Positions 26,349 to 37,420 of a stretch of 64,000 nt of DNA are shown one piece after another. The position numbers and the translations under genes were made by a program. This DNA comes from Collinsella sp. (GTDB taxonomy: Bacteria; Actinomycetota; Coriobacteriia; Coriobacteriales; Coriobacteriaceae). The stretch is taken from NCBI GenBank assembly GCA_036297525.1, contig JAXJKV010000019.1, positions 10,715-74,714 of the forward strand, written 5' to 3'. Position 1 is the first letter of the stretch, and each line of letters begins with the position of its first letter. Below the pieces are notes generated by a model. That model did no database searches. It saw nothing but the letters and a program-made list of their open reading frames with translations, and was not told the origin of the DNA.

Positions 26349-28204
26349 GAAAGATCACTCTCCGTATAGGTTCTTTGGTATCCGAGCAAATATAGGCATA
26401 TCCCAACGATTATAGAGGATAGGGTTCCCGCAACCGCCGCCTTGGCGACGACCGCGGCTGCAAGGCTGGCAATTTCCATATGGTGTGCAAGACAGGACGC
26501 CGCTGCGCAGCCGATGCCGGTGACAGCGATGGCGGCGATTGCGGCAAGGTTTGAGCCCTGATCGGCACGCTTGGCATGGGCATTGAGCAGCGCGGATGAC
26601 GCTGCGGCAGTTGCCGCGACCAGTACAAAGGCAGCCCAAAGGAGCGGGTCTCCCAGCGCTGCGGCAACGTTACCGAGTCCCAGCACGCCTCCGGCTGAAA
26701 GCGCGACCGTGGCCAGACGGGCAAAAAGCGCGCCCATGCCCGTTGCCGCGGCAGCGCTTGCCGGGCCGAGCCAAAATGACGCGACGCCGGCGGCGACCCC
26801 AGCTGCCAGGAAGGTATTGCCGGTCAGACAGCCAAGCGCGAGTGCACAGGTGAGCGCGGCGCTCGCGGCAGTCTCGGTGCGACCCCAGGCGATCCACCAA
26901 CCGGACATGGCGGCGGCAAAGATCACCGCGACGGGCAGCATCGACAGGATGCCCTGCGCCTGCATGGTGGCGTTGGCCATGAGCACCAAAAAGCCCACAG
27001 CCGAGATGGCCGAGCCGATCTGGGGGGCCAGGCCAGCCGCCGCTCCGATCGCGATGGCCGCAATGACCAGGCCGGGAAGCGCCGCGACCCCGGCCGTTTG
27101 CATCAGCAAAAAGCTAAAGGTACCGCACGTTAGCGCCGAGATAGCGCGCATGGTGTAGTCGCGCGCATGGCTCCAGCGCGTGCCCGCCCAGCCGAGTGCG
27201 GGGTCGATCTCGATGGCGTCGTCCTCGTAGTGCGACGGCTCGATATCGTCGAGCTCCTGCTCGTCATCCGAAAGCTCGCCAACCATTTGCTCCAGGCTGC
27301 GACGGCCTTCGCGCACGCTGCCCAGACTGGCAAGGAGCTGGTCGCAAAATGCCTCGATGCTGTTGGGGCGGTCCTGCGGCATGGGGGAGAGCGCGCTCAT
27401 GAGCGCGGCCTCGGCTCCCGGGGGAAAGTGTGGTATCAGCTCGCTGGGATAGGTGGCGCCGCCGATGATGCGGCCGAGCGAGTCGGCGGGCGTGGCCGCC
27501 ATAAAGGGAGCGCTGCCGCACAGGCCCTCGTAGATCACACAGGCAAGGGCAAAGACATCAGCGCGTTCGTCGACCGTGCCGGTCTCGATATCGAGCTGCT
27601 CGGGCGGCATGTAGCCGATGGTGCCGCCGCGCGAACCGCCAAAGCCACCGGCGGACGACAGTCGCGCCATGCCAAAGTCGGTGAGCTTTACATTGCCCGA
27701 GTGGTCGATGAGCACGTTGGCGGGCTTAATGTCCAGGTGGAGTACGCCATTACTGTGGGCGAAGGTGAGCGCCTGGCCCAGGGCATCGGCAATGGCCGCA
27801 GCCTCGTCAAAGGTAAGTGAGTGGCCGTCCACGCGATGCAAAAACTCGGCCAGCGACATGCCATCGACATATTCCATAACCAGGTAGGCATAGGCTGTGT
27901 CGTGCGTAAAGTCGATGACCTGCACGATGTTGGGATGTTGAAGCATAGCGGCAGTGTGCGCCTCGCGCAGGACATCCATGATGTCGCTGGCGGGCATGCC
28001 GGCACCGTTGATAAGGGGGATGCGCTTAATGGCGACGCGGCGGCGCAGATGCGTGTCGCGGCAGATCTCGATGGAGCCAAAACCGCCGGTCGCAAGTGTC
28101 TCGAGCGGCTGGTACCGCTTGAGCAGCTCGCGAGAGCTGGTGCCCTCCAAAGGAACGTCCGGCGAGAACCGGGCGGTATGTTGCGAGAAAAGCGGCATGG
28201 CCAA
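26345..28204 (-). CDS. Ser/Thr protein kinase with multi-TM C-terminus
   Basis: TGGFG, VAIK, HLDIKPAN, DFG, GTIGYMPPEQ; long hydrophobic C-terminal half. Confidence 0.9.
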   Translation of the reverse strand: MAMPLFSQHTARFSPDVPLEGTSSRELLKRYQPLETLATGGFGSIEICRDTHLRRRVAIKRIPLINGAGMPASDIMDVLREAHTAAMLQHPNIVQVIDFTHDTAYAYLVMEYVDGMSLAEFLHRVDGHSLTFDEAAAIADALGQALTFAHSNGVLHLDIKPANVLIDHSGNVKLTDFGMARLSSAGGFGGSRGGTIGYMPPEQLDIETGTVDERADVFALACVIYEGLCGSAPFMAATPADSLGRIIGGATYPSELIPHFPPGAEAALMSALSPMPQDRPNSIEAFCDQLLASLGSVREGRRSLEQMVGELSDDEQELDDIEPSHYEDDAIEIDPALGWAGTRWSHARDYTMRAISALTCGTFSFLLMQTAGVAALPGLVIAAIAIGAAAGLAPQIGSAISAVGFLVLMANATMQAQGILSMLPVAVIFAAAMSGWWIAWGRTETAASAALTCALALGCLTGNTFLAAGVAAGVASFWLGPASAAAATGMGALFARLATVALSAGGVLGLGNVAAALGDPLLWAAFVLVAATAAASSALLNAHAKRADQGSNLAAIAAIAVTGIGCAAASCLAHHMEIASLAAAVVAKAAVAGTLSSIIVGICLYLLGYQRTYTESDLS

Positions 28205-28342
28205 CCCTCGTGCGTTTAAAGTTCGTTTGCGAGTGGCGGGCGCGGAGCCGAGCCGTTCGCGGTGGCATAGATGCTGCTAGTGTAGCACGCTCGGGTGCAT
28301 GGGGAGGATAGCGGGATGCGAGGCTACCTGCCTGGCTTGGCC

Positions 28343-29050
28343 TTAGCGCTTTTTCTTGTTCTTCTTCTGCTTGCGCTTGGTCTCCTGGGGCTTGTCGCCC
28401 TGTTTGGCTTCGGCAGCGGCCTTTTCTGCCTTCATCTTCTTGCGCTTGGTCTCGATGCGGAGCTTTTTGTTGATGCGTGCCTTAAGGAAGGCGCCAAACT
28501 GCTCGGCATCGCCACGGACGAAGGTGTCCTTAGGAATCGTCACGCCCTGGTCGGCGAACATGGCCACAAAGATGCGCTCGCCGTCGAGCACGTGGTCGAG
28601 CTTCTCAAACGGGAAGAACTGCGACTTGCCACTCTTGCCCCAGACCATCAGACCGTCCTCGTTGGCGGCGACGCGGCGGTAGCGTCCGCCCATGGACTCG
28701 TCGGCCTCGACGGCATCGATAAAGTCGCGGGCAAGGGTGTGGTGCAGGTTTTTGCTCCACCAGGCCAAAAAGGCGCCGAATACGATCAGGACGACGCCAA
28801 ACTTGATCCAGTTGCCGCCGGCCACCAGCATGCCGATGCCGATGAGCGCGGCAATTGCCGCGGCGACATACAGCGAGCCGCGACGCCTAGGCGAGGCGAC
28901 CAGGCGCGCAAAGTCGGTGACGAGGTCGTTTTCGTACTGATACTCGTTGAGGTACAGAATGCCGTCGTCGGCTGCGGCCTGCTCCTCGAGCGCGACCTCG
29001 ACCTGGTCGGCTGCTTCGGAGGGAACGAGGTTGCTCTCTGCGTCTGCCAT
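28343..29050 (-). CDS. YcxB-like membrane protein
   Basis: Two TM helices followed by the YcxB-like C-terminal segment (..TIPKDTF..GDAEQFGAFL). Confidence 0.65.
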   Translation of the reverse strand: MADAESNLVPSEAADQVEVALEEQAAADDGILYLNEYQYENDLVTDFARLVASPRRRGSLYVAAAIAALIGIGMLVAGGNWIKFGVVLIVFGAFLAWWSKNLHHTLARDFIDAVEADESMGGRYRRVAANEDGLMVWGKSGKSQFFPFEKLDHVLDGERIFVAMFADQGVTIPKDTFVRGDAEQFGAFLKARINKKLRIETKRKKMKAEKAAAEAKQGDKPQETKRKQKKNKKKR

Positions 29051-29165
29051 GCTCTTTGGACTCCTATCGCGGCGGGCTCGCCGTACGGGTTATTATGGAT
29101 GCAGTATGCCGTGCGACCGCATGGCCGCCGCGGCAACAAGACTCAGTATACCCGGGGGAGCACCC

Positions 29166-31673
29166 ATGGAATCGTTGTACCGAAAGTATCGCCCGCTCAC
29201 CTTCGACTCCGTGGTGGGCCAGCAGCATATCGTCTCGACGCTCGAACACGCCATCACCGAGGGGCGCCTGTCCCATGCGTACCTGTTTTGCGGTCCGCGT
29301 GGCACGGGCAAGACCACCATGGCGCGCATTCTTGCCAAGGCGCTGCTCTGCCGCAATGCCGAGACGGCGCGCGCCGAGGGTGCAAGCGGCTGCATGCCCG
29401 ACGGCACCTGCGAGGAGTGCGAGCTCATCGCCGAGGGCAACCACCCCGATGTCTACGAGCTCGATGCCGCAAGCCGCACGGGCGTGGACAATGTGCGCGA
29501 GGAGATCATCAACTCCGTCAACTTTGCCCCGGTGCGCGGCAAGTACAAGATCTACATCATCGACGAGGTCCACATGCTCACGACGGCGGCGTTCAACGCG
29601 CTGCTCAAGACGCTCGAGGAGCCGCCGGCGCACGTGATCTTCGTGCTGTGCACCACCGATCCGCAAAAGATTCTGGAGACCATCCTTTCGCGCTGCCAGC
29701 GCTTCGATTTCCACCGCATCGGTAACGAGGATATCGAGCATCGCCTGTCCTACGTGTGCGAGCAGGAGGGCTTCGATTACGACGACGAGGCGCTCGCCAT
29801 CGTGGCGCGCCATGCCAAGGGCGGCATGCGCGACGCGCTCTCCACGCTGGAGCAGCTGAGCGTTTTTGGCAACGGGGCCGTGCATGCGGACGATGCCCGC
29901 TCGCTTTTGGGCGAGGTGTCGGACCAGATTCTGAGCGAGTTTGCCCGCGCTATTGCCGAGCGTGATATTGCTGAGCTCTATGGGCTCATTCGCGCACAGG
30001 TCGAGGAGGGCAATGACCTGCTTGAGCTGACGCGCGACCTGGTGGCGCATGTGCGCGATGTGTACGTGGCCTGCGTTGCCGGCGCCCGCGCCGAGCTGTT
30101 TGAGGGCGGCTCCGAGCAGGCCGAGGCGCTTGCTGCCGAGGCCGCTGCCTTTGGTGAGCATCCTGCCGACCGCTTGGCTCGTGTGCTGACGGTGCTCGAC
30201 GATGCCGCGTTGGAGATGAGGGGCGCGAGCGACGTGCGCCTGGTGCTCGAGATCGCCTGCACGCGTCTGACGCGCCCCGAGGCCGATCTGACCATCGAGG
30301 CTTTGGCCGAGCGTGTGGCACGCTTGGAGGCCATGGTCGCCAACGCCGCGGTGCCGGCGAGTGTGGCTGCTGCTGGTGCTGCGCCTGCGGCTGTCGCGGC
30401 TGCACCTGCGGCGACGCAACAACCGACACTGATCTCGGGTGCCCGAGTTGCCGCCCCTGTGGCATCTGCCGCTCCTACTGCTACGTCCACGCACCAGGGC
30501 GGCATGCCCTGGGACCGCGGAGCTGCTGTTCCAGCTGCCCAGCCTGCGCCCGCGCCGACCCCCAAGCCCGCAGCGCCGGCACCTCAGCCTGCGCCGGTTC
30601 CGAAGCCCCAGCCCTCCGCCCCGGCTCCCACGCCTGCCGCTGTGCCGGCACCTAAGCCCCAGCTCAACAACGCCGCTCAGGTTGCTGCCGCCGGCGCCGC
30701 CGAGACCCCCGCGGTCGAGGATGCCGGTGAGCTCCAGCGCAAATGGGCCGAGGTCGTCGAACGCGTCAAGGCTCGTCAGGCCTCCTACGCAGGGCTTTTG
30801 CTCAACGCCCGCGCCACAGCAGACGACGGCTCCAAGCTCACGGTTTCGTTCCCCGCGGGCTCGACTTTTGCCATTAAGATGCTCGGTCGCGCCGACACGC
30901 AGTCGGTAGTTCTGCCGACAGTCAGTGCGGTCTTCGGTCGTCGTACCGTCGACTATGTCCTGGATGGGGGTGGCACGCCGGCTCCTCAACATGAGGAGCA
31001 TTCTCCATCTGCACGGGCTGTGGCATCTGCGGACCCGCAACCCGTGTCCTCGGCGGCCCCTGCATCCTCGAGCGCCAGCGCGACGCAGCCAAAAGCGGCC
31101 CCGGTAGCGGCATCGACTCCGTCGGCGCCTGAACCCGCTGCGCCCAAACCGGCTGCTCCGATCCCCGCGTCCAAGCCCGCTGCCACACCCGCGCCCAAGT
31201 CGTCCGACCTGGCTAAGGCTCCCTGGCTGCGCTCCGATAACCCTGCCGGCGCTCCTGCCACGGGCAAACTCCCGACCGAACCCGCGCCCCGCGCGCCCGA
31301 GCGCTCGTCCGCTCCCAAGGCTCAGCCGCCTGCACAGGCTGCGCCGTGGGAATCCGAGCAGGTGCCCTACGACGACGCCATGGTCGGCGGCTTCGTCGGC
31401 GATGCGAGCGGGGACGACCTTCCTCCGTTCGACGTGCCTGCGGCGGCGTCTGAGCCCAAGCCCGCCGCTGCGGCTCCCTCGGTCCCCGCAGCTGCGACGT
31501 CCGCTCCCACAAGCGATGATGCCCCTGCGGCTCCTTGGGAGTCCAACCCCGGCGCCGGCAGTCCCTTCGGCCACCAGGGCGCAGCCCCAAGCATTCCGCA
31601 GACCGAGGACGAGGCCAAAGCCCTCATCCGCAGTGTCTTCGGCCAGTCCACCATCTTCAAACCGGTGGAGTAA
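29166..31673 (+). CDS. dnaX: DNA polymerase III subunit gamma/tau
   Basis: MESLYRKYRP, GPRGTGKT, ELDAAS, IIDEVHML, SRC; long Pro/Ala-rich C-terminal linkers. Confidence 0.95.
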   Translation: MESLYRKYRPLTFDSVVGQQHIVSTLEHAITEGRLSHAYLFCGPRGTGKTTMARILAKALLCRNAETARAEGASGCMPDGTCEECELIAEGNHPDVYELDAASRTGVDNVREEIINSVNFAPVRGKYKIYIIDEVHMLTTAAFNALLKTLEEPPAHVIFVLCTTDPQKILETILSRCQRFDFHRIGNEDIEHRLSYVCEQEGFDYDDEALAIVARHAKGGMRDALSTLEQLSVFGNGAVHADDARSLLGEVSDQILSEFARAIAERDIAELYGLIRAQVEEGNDLLELTRDLVAHVRDVYVACVAGARAELFEGGSEQAEALAAEAAAFGEHPADRLARVLTVLDDAALEMRGASDVRLVLEIACTRLTRPEADLTIEALAERVARLEAMVANAAVPASVAAAGAAPAAVAAAPAATQQPTLISGARVAAPVASAAPTATSTHQGGMPWDRGAAVPAAQPAPAPTPKPAAPAPQPAPVPKPQPSAPAPTPAAVPAPKPQLNNAAQVAAAGAAETPAVEDAGELQRKWAEVVERVKARQASYAGLLLNARATADDGSKLTVSFPAGSTFAIKMLGRADTQSVVLPTVSAVFGRRTVDYVLDGGGTPAPQHEEHSPSARAVASADPQPVSSAAPASSSASATQPKAAPVAASTPSAPEPAAPKPAAPIPASKPAATPAPKSSDLAKAPWLRSDNPAGAPATGKLPTEPAPRAPERSSAPKAQPPAQAAPWESEQVPYDDAMVGGFVGDASGDDLPPFDVPAAASEPKPAAAAPSVPAAATSAPTSDDAPAAPWESNPGAGSPFGHQGAAPSIPQTEDEAKALIRSVFGQSTIFKPVE

Positions 31674-31694
31674 CCGTGCGGGCGGGTATGCTGC

Positions 31695-32168
31695 TCAAGA
31701 AGAGATCTCTTTGCCCGGGCGCATCTGTATTTCGGACATGTGTAGTGTGGTGCCGTGTACATCGCATTCGAGCAGACAGGTACGTGACGGTCGGCCTAGG
31801 ATGCTGAGGTCGATACGATACGTCGCATGGCCGTCTGTGCACTCGACTTGCTCGGCGTTGATGGTTGCTCCGATTGTCAATAAAGAGCCCGGTTCGGCAT
31901 CGACAATCTTGGAGTCCTTTATCTTGACCTTGAACTCTTGGTAGAGGGACGGGCTGTTGTAGTAAATGGTTCGAGTTCCGTCGGTGCACTCATCGGTCGC
32001 TTCCCATTTGACGATGGGCTGGTCCGAGCTGGCTATCAGCAGTTCTGCTCCAAAGGCTATGGCATGGGTGATGACAACCAGCAATGCCCAGCCGACAAAG
32101 AGATAGAGAACCAAATATGCAACGGGGTGTTTTGAGCGGATGTTTTGGAGCACGTCGGGGGCATTCAT
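31695..32168 (-). CDS. Hypothetical membrane-anchored protein
   Basis: 157 aa, GGAGG RBS, N-terminal TM segment; opposite strand between dnaX and ybaB. Confidence 0.65.
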   Translation of the reverse strand: MNAPDVLQNIRSKHPVAYLVLYLFVGWALLVVITHAIAFGAELLIASSDQPIVKWEATDECTDGTRTIYYNSPSLYQEFKVKIKDSKIVDAEPGSLLTIGATINAEQVECTDGHATYRIDLSILGRPSRTCLLECDVHGTTLHMSEIQMRPGKEISS

Positions 32169-32508
32169 GGGACACCTCCAAATTGCTATCTATGGCAATC
32201 AAATTATACCTTGCCGTCATGAGCGCCGCCTCGAGTAGTGGCTCGGCATTTAGCCATTTAGTGGTACGCATTAAATGTCGGATTCCGGCTCTACAAGATT
32301 TAGCTTTAAATATTATGCAGATGCGAATTATTCAACTTTGCATAATCTATGGGTGCGGCTTGCGCTCCAGGACATGTATATCGACTGAGGTAACACGTCC
32401 GCCCCGCTCGCTGGCCTCGCGCCGTGGTACGATTTTTGAGTTTGAAAGTCCCGCCGTGCTCCGGCTGCCCTTGCAGCTCGGCGTGCGGCCGCACGTAAAG
32501 GAGCCATC

Positions 32509-32829
32509 ATGGCCGGTATGAACATGCAGCAGATGATGAAGCAGGCTCGCAAGATGCAGGAGCAGCTTGCCGCCGCGCAGGAGAACCTCAAGTCCCAGAC
32601 CGTCGACGCCTCTGCCGGCGGCGGCATGGTCAAGGTGACCGTTAACGGCGAGATGGAGCTCGTCAACCTCACCATCGATCCCGATACCCTCGATCCCGAG
32701 GACGTCGATATGCTGCAGGATATGATCATGGCTGCCGTCAACGAGGCCGTCCGCGGCGTCAACGAGCTCGCCAACAAGCAGATGGGCGCCATCACCGGCG
32801 GCCTCAACATCCCGGGCATGCCGTTCTAA
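32509..32829 (+). CDS. ybaB: YbaB/EbfC nucleoid-associated protein
   Basis: [38 protein letters not shown]; upstream of recR. Confidence 0.93.
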   Translation: MAGMNMQQMMKQARKMQEQLAAAQENLKSQTVDASAGGGMVKVTVNGEMELVNLTIDPDTLDPEDVDMLQDMIMAAVNEAVRGVNELANKQMGAITGGLNIPGMPF

Positions 32830-32842
32830 GACACGCATATAT

Positions 32843-33439
32843 ATGAGTGCAAATCACAGTCTGCAAAAACTGCTCGATGAGCTGGGCCGTCTGCCGGGCA
32901 TTGGTCCCAAGTCGGCCCAGCGCATCGCCTATTACCTGTTGGAGGCCGACGCCGAGGAGGCGCGCCGCCTGGCCGAGGCCATCCTGGAGGTCAAGCAGGA
33001 GGTCCACTTTTGCAGCCGCTGCTTTAACTACGCCACGGCCGACGAGTGCTCCATCTGCCAGGACCCGATGCGCGATACCACTCGCATTTGCGTGGTGGGC
33101 GAGCCGCGCGATGTCCAGGCAATCGAGCGCACGGGCAGCTACCATGGCCTGTACCATGTGCTGGGCGGCGTGATCAGCCCCATGGACAAGATTGGTCCCG
33201 AGCAGTTGCACATCCGCGAGCTGCTGGCGCGTCTGGGTCACGAGGATATCCATGAGGTCATCATCGCCACCAACCCCAACATCGAGGGCGAGACCACGGC
33301 GAGCTATCTGGCCCGTACCATCAAGCCGTTGGGCGTCGAGGTGTCGCGTCTGGCAAGCGGCCTTCCCGTGGGCGGCGACTTGGAGTATGCCGACGAGCTT
33401 ACGCTTGGCCGCGCTATCGAGGCCCGCCGCGCGATTTAG
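32843..33439 (+). CDS. recR: Recombination mediator RecR
   Basis: [11 protein letters not shown]hH, C4 zinc finger, YHVLGG, Toprim, [12 protein letters not shown]. Confidence 0.96.
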   Translation: MSANHSLQKLLDELGRLPGIGPKSAQRIAYYLLEADAEEARRLAEAILEVKQEVHFCSRCFNYATADECSICQDPMRDTTRICVVGEPRDVQAIERTGSYHGLYHVLGGVISPMDKIGPEQLHIRELLARLGHEDIHEVIIATNPNIEGETTASYLARTIKPLGVEVSRLASGLPVGGDLEYADELTLGRAIEARRAI

Positions 33440-33684
33440 GTGGCGAGCCTGCTCCTGCCGTATGTTTTCCTCGCGACGCACGGGGTAGTCATAATTTCCC
33501 CGTGCGACTGTGAGTTTGTTGTGCAACAAAGATGCTTCGTATCCGCTTATCGCATGGATGCTTCCGCTCGCATCCTTAATTTGTCCATTCGTTGCGCAAC
33601 CTTTTTGGTTCGCTGATACACTCAAATATGGATTCGAATGAATGCGCCGCTCCCGAGCGGCGTGTTTTTGTTGGAGGAGAACGC

Positions 33685-34590
33685 ATGCGGCCCGGTGGCA
33701 CTCAGACAAAGCGCGGCGCCGCGGTGCGCATACGACGCCGACTGGGCTTGGCGCCGCGGGCGTACGCACTGCTATCGTGCTCGCTGGTGCTGGTCATAGC
33801 TGGCGTTTCTGCCTATGGCATGACCGTGCCGTCCATGATGCAGGCGCATGCCGCACGCGAACCGCGCGTGGGGCATGAGGTCAAAAGCGATCTGGGCACC
33901 ACGACTGGATATGCTTGGGCAAGTGTGGTCGGGCATATTGTGTTTGGCACCGACGATGCGGACGGCGCCGAGGCCCCGGACAACGAAGTCACGCTTGCCA
34001 ATGGCAAAACCATCGTGCTCACCATCACCAAGATCATCGATCGGTTGTCCAACAATAGCGTGGCGGCAACGGTGAATAAGGTCGAGCAGCAAAAGGAGCA
34101 GGACGCCCAGCAGTCCGGAAAGCCCGGTAGCTCGGATACTTCTGGCTCCGGCTCGGATTCGTCGAGTTCGGGCGGCGGCTCTGGGTCGGGTTCCTCTACC
34201 GGAGGGTCTGGAAACGGCGGTTCGACGGGCGGCAACACTGACAACGATGCAAACTCCGGTGGCCTTTCCGCTGCTGAAGAAGAGAGCATTCACAGCTGGC
34301 TTGTGACCAAGTACAACATGCTCGACGGCTATGTTTCTCGTGCCAATGACGTGGTCTCGACCTATAACTCTACGGGAGATCCCAGACCGTGCGACAGTCT
34401 GGTCGGGGAGATGTTTGTCATTCGAGCCGAGTTCGGTCGTCAGACATTCTCGCCCCGGTCAAAGTGGTATCAGCAGTATGCCAATCTGTGGGGCTGTTAC
34501 ACCAACCTATGTCAATGGGTCGGCCATTACGGCGATGATGACGTCGCGCTCGGTAACTTCAACAATAACGTGGCGGCGCTTGCCCTATGA
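33685..34590 (+). CDS. Hypothetical membrane-anchored protein with Gly/Ser-rich linker
   Basis: GGAGG RBS before ATG 33685; TM helix, G/S-rich linker, helical C-terminal domain; overlaps the start of the kinase. Confidence 0.65.
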   Translation: MRPGGTQTKRGAAVRIRRRLGLAPRAYALLSCSLVLVIAGVSAYGMTVPSMMQAHAAREPRVGHEVKSDLGTTTGYAWASVVGHIVFGTDDADGAEAPDNEVTLANGKTIVLTITKIIDRLSNNSVAATVNKVEQQKEQDAQQSGKPGSSDTSGSGSDSSSSGGGSGSGSSTGGSGNGGSTGGNTDNDANSGGLSAAEEESIHSWLVTKYNMLDGYVSRANDVVSTYNSTGDPRPCDSLVGEMFVIRAEFGRQTFSPRSKWYQQYANLWGCYTNLCQWVGHYGDDDVALGNFNNNVAALAL

Positions 34591-36431
34591 TGACCGATCT
34601 TGCATCTACCACACCACAATCGCTCGGTCGCGATCCCATGGTCGGCCTGCGCCTGGCGCGTGTCGACGGGTTTGAGCCGGCCATTGCGCTCGGTCAGGAC
34701 GAACTGCCTACCTATCTGCGTCGTTTTACGATGCTGTTTGCCGACGATGCCACCATGCGCCGTGGCGGTATCGGCCGCGTGACGCGTGCCGTCAACGCCC
34801 AAGGCGAGGCAGTGGCACTCAAGCAGCTCATCTTGCCGACGCGCGATGAGTTCGACGACGATGCCGCTCACGAGGCGCTGGTCGCCAAGTTCAAGGCGGC
34901 GTTTCGCGAGGAATACGAATGCCATCGCGCCCTTTCGGGCCTTAAGGGCTTTCCCCGCCTCTATGGCTGGGGCGAGGTCGACGGTGTGCCTGCAATTGTC
35001 ATGGAATGGGTCGAGGGCGAGACACTTGCCCGCTTGCGTTCGCGACTCGCCGTGGACGATGCCGGACGCCTGTCGCCGCTTGTGGCGGCGCGTCTGGGTC
35101 GCGACCTGTTCGATCTGCTCTGCCGTATGAGCCTGGTGGGTGAGGGCTTTGTCCATCGCGATATCTCGCCCGCTAATATTATGGTGCGTACGGCGCGTCT
35201 ACCGCTTGACCGGCAGCTTGCCGAGGGCACCTTTGACCTGTGCCTGATCGACTTTGGCTCGTCGCTGGCGCTCGAGCCTGCGTCGGCCGTGGCCGGTACC
35301 GGCGGCAAGGCGTCGTTTACGGAGCGTTATGCCACGCTGCGTCGCGCGACGGTTGCCTATGCCCCGCCCGAGATGCTCACCGACGATATTCCCGACCTGC
35401 GCGCTTTGCGTATGTCGCCGGCGATCGACGTCTATGCCGCGGCAAGCACGGTTTACGGGCTCATTGCCGGCGTCGCGCCATACGAAGCCGCGCCGAGCAC
35501 TTCGGGCACCTCGGGTTCGCGCAAAAAGACGCGCGACATCGCGAGCCCCTACCGTCTCAAGATGGACACGCGGCCCGACTATCCCATTGGTGCCCATGCG
35601 CCCGGTTGTGATTTGACTCAGCTGCTTCGTCGTGAGCCCGATGTGGCGCTCGCCGCGGCCGAGCAGGCCCAGCAGCTAGGGCTTGAGCCGGATTCCGAAG
35701 AGCTACGCGATGCGCTGGCGTTTGTCGATGCCCAGCTGTTCGACGTGGTGATGGCCTGTCTGTCCAGCCATCAAAAAGATCGTCCCGAGCCGGCGGCGGT
35801 CGAGGCGGCGCTCTCGGCGTTTTGTGACCACTATGCGCAAAATGTCGGTCGTTCGCTCCGCGGCGAGCCGCTCACGCCGTGCCCCATGGATACGTCTGGC
35901 CGCGCGGTTCGTCGCGCGGCGATGATCGGTGCGGCGGGCGTTTGCAGCGTGGTTTGGGCTGTGGTCGTGGTTTCGGCCGCGCTGCTGGCGTCGGGCGCTC
36001 GCGTGACGGCGACTTTGGGATCGCTCGTGTGGTCTGGGTCGCTACCGGGTATTATTGCCGCACTGGCGTTGGCGCTGCCAGGCATAGCCGGCGTTGCCGC
36101 GGGGGCACTTGCGCGCGATCGGCGCTCGGGGTTCCTGCAGGGTGTGCTTGCGCTTTCTGCCTGCGAGGTTCCGGTGCTGGTTGTGGCTGCATGTAGCGTG
36201 TTTTCCCAACGCGCCGTGACGGGCGGCCTTGTTGCCGCTCTGGTTGCAACCTATACGCTTACGTGGTTTTTGCTTGCGATGGGCTTTGCCTTTGAACTTC
36301 CCGTTTCGGCACCGCGACGCACAAAAGCCCAGATGGCGACTCCGCTTGCCGGTGGAGCCGCAGCTGCCCGTACTTTTGGCGGACCTGTCGAAGTATCGTC
36401 CGATTCTATTTCTACGACCAAGGAGGCCTAG
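34587..36431 (+). CDS. Ser/Thr protein kinase with C-terminal TM helices
   Basis: RGGIGRV, VALK, HRDISPAN, IDFG, AYAPPE, IDVYA. Confidence 0.88.
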   Translation: MMTDLASTTPQSLGRDPMVGLRLARVDGFEPAIALGQDELPTYLRRFTMLFADDATMRRGGIGRVTRAVNAQGEAVALKQLILPTRDEFDDDAAHEALVAKFKAAFREEYECHRALSGLKGFPRLYGWGEVDGVPAIVMEWVEGETLARLRSRLAVDDAGRLSPLVAARLGRDLFDLLCRMSLVGEGFVHRDISPANIMVRTARLPLDRQLAEGTFDLCLIDFGSSLALEPASAVAGTGGKASFTERYATLRRATVAYAPPEMLTDDIPDLRALRMSPAIDVYAAASTVYGLIAGVAPYEAAPSTSGTSGSRKKTRDIASPYRLKMDTRPDYPIGAHAPGCDLTQLLRREPDVALAAAEQAQQLGLEPDSEELRDALAFVDAQLFDVVMACLSSHQKDRPEPAAVEAALSAFCDHYAQNVGRSLRGEPLTPCPMDTSGRAVRRAAMIGAAGVCSVVWAVVVVSAALLASGARVTATLGSLVWSGSLPGIIAALALALPGIAGVAAGALARDRRSGFLQGVLALSACEVPVLVVAACSVFSQRAVTGGLVAALVATYTLTWFLLAMGFAFELPVSAPRRTKAQMATPLAGGAAAARTFGGPVEVSSDSISTTKEA

Positions 36432-36434
36432 GTC

Positions 36435-37372
36435 ATGGCATCTCAAGTTGAGCTCACCCCATGCGGGGCCATGTTTGACATCTTTAAGCGCGCGGCGCAT
36501 CTGAGCCATATCGAGCTGTGCGGCTTGGTGCTTTCGTCCCGTCCGCTCGCCGACGGCCGCAGCCCGCAGAGCCGAGCCGCGATCGCTCTTGGGTTTCCCG
36601 CTTTATCGTTCGCGCGCCGGTCGGCACGCTTCAGCAGCGCTACTTTGCCGAATACGGTACCTCGGCTGCGCGTATTATGTCGCAACTGGCCCTGCGCCAG
36701 CGCAATCCCATGGACTCCACGGCTGTGATCAATATGGTGTGCGGTCCTGCAGGTGAACCGATGGTACGCGCGCTCGAAGAGTGCCACCAGGACACGAATC
36801 TCTATCGCAACGCGCTCGATCGCCTGTCCCAGGCGGCGGAACTCATGCCCGCCGAGCGCGCCGAGGCCGTGCTGGTGCTGTTTGTCGCCGTCGGTTGTTC
36901 GGCGGATGTGCGGTCCTCGGTGAACTATGCCATCGACTACGCACACGCGACCTGTGGCGGAGGCATATCCACGCCGCGTTCGCTTGGCATGTCGCTGACT
37001 GCGGGCGAACGCGAACCCGCCCCGGCGCACCCCTTGGGCTTGCTGCGCGTGCAAAACAGTTTTGTCGTGAGCGCCCCGCGCTGGATTCAGCCGAGTGAGC
37101 AGGGTGTTGAGATTGGCGCGCTGGCCACTGGTGAGGGCGATATTACCGACGTCGGCGACGATGTCTCGGCCCGCCATGCCCATATCTGGTGCGATGCTCA
37201 AAATATCTGGCACGTCGAGGACTTGTCGTCCACCAACGGAACCGTGGTGGTAAACGGGGCCACGCGCGTTTGCATTCAGGTCGAGCCCGGCCGTTCCGCC
37301 CAGCTCAATCCCGGCGACGAGCTCAAGCTCGGCGAATCCACTACCTATGCCATCCTCTTCGGTGCCCTCTAG
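36435..37372 (+). pseudogene. FHA domain protein, frameshifted near 36575-36582
   Basis: AGGAGG-preceded ORF 36435 (MASQVELTPCGAMF...SPQSRA) continues in another frame as DRSWVSRFIV... ending in an FHA domain (SARHA, SSTNGT). True frameshift or sequencing error. Confidence 0.7.
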
Positions 37373-37420
37373 CCGGCAGTTAGGGACGTTCCTTTTCTGC
37401 CGGCACTTGGGGACACTCCT
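37373..37420. repeat. REP-like GGGAC-family repeat at island left boundary
   Basis: CCGGCAGTTAGGGACGTTCCTTTTCTGCCGGCACTTGGGGACA; close copy at 58586-58634. Confidence 0.7.

Noticed and set aside
30350..31600. Programmed frameshift or separate gene within dnaX
   Set aside because: One continuous frame; no A-run slippery site seen; Pro/Ala-rich linkers are typical of actinobacterial DnaX.
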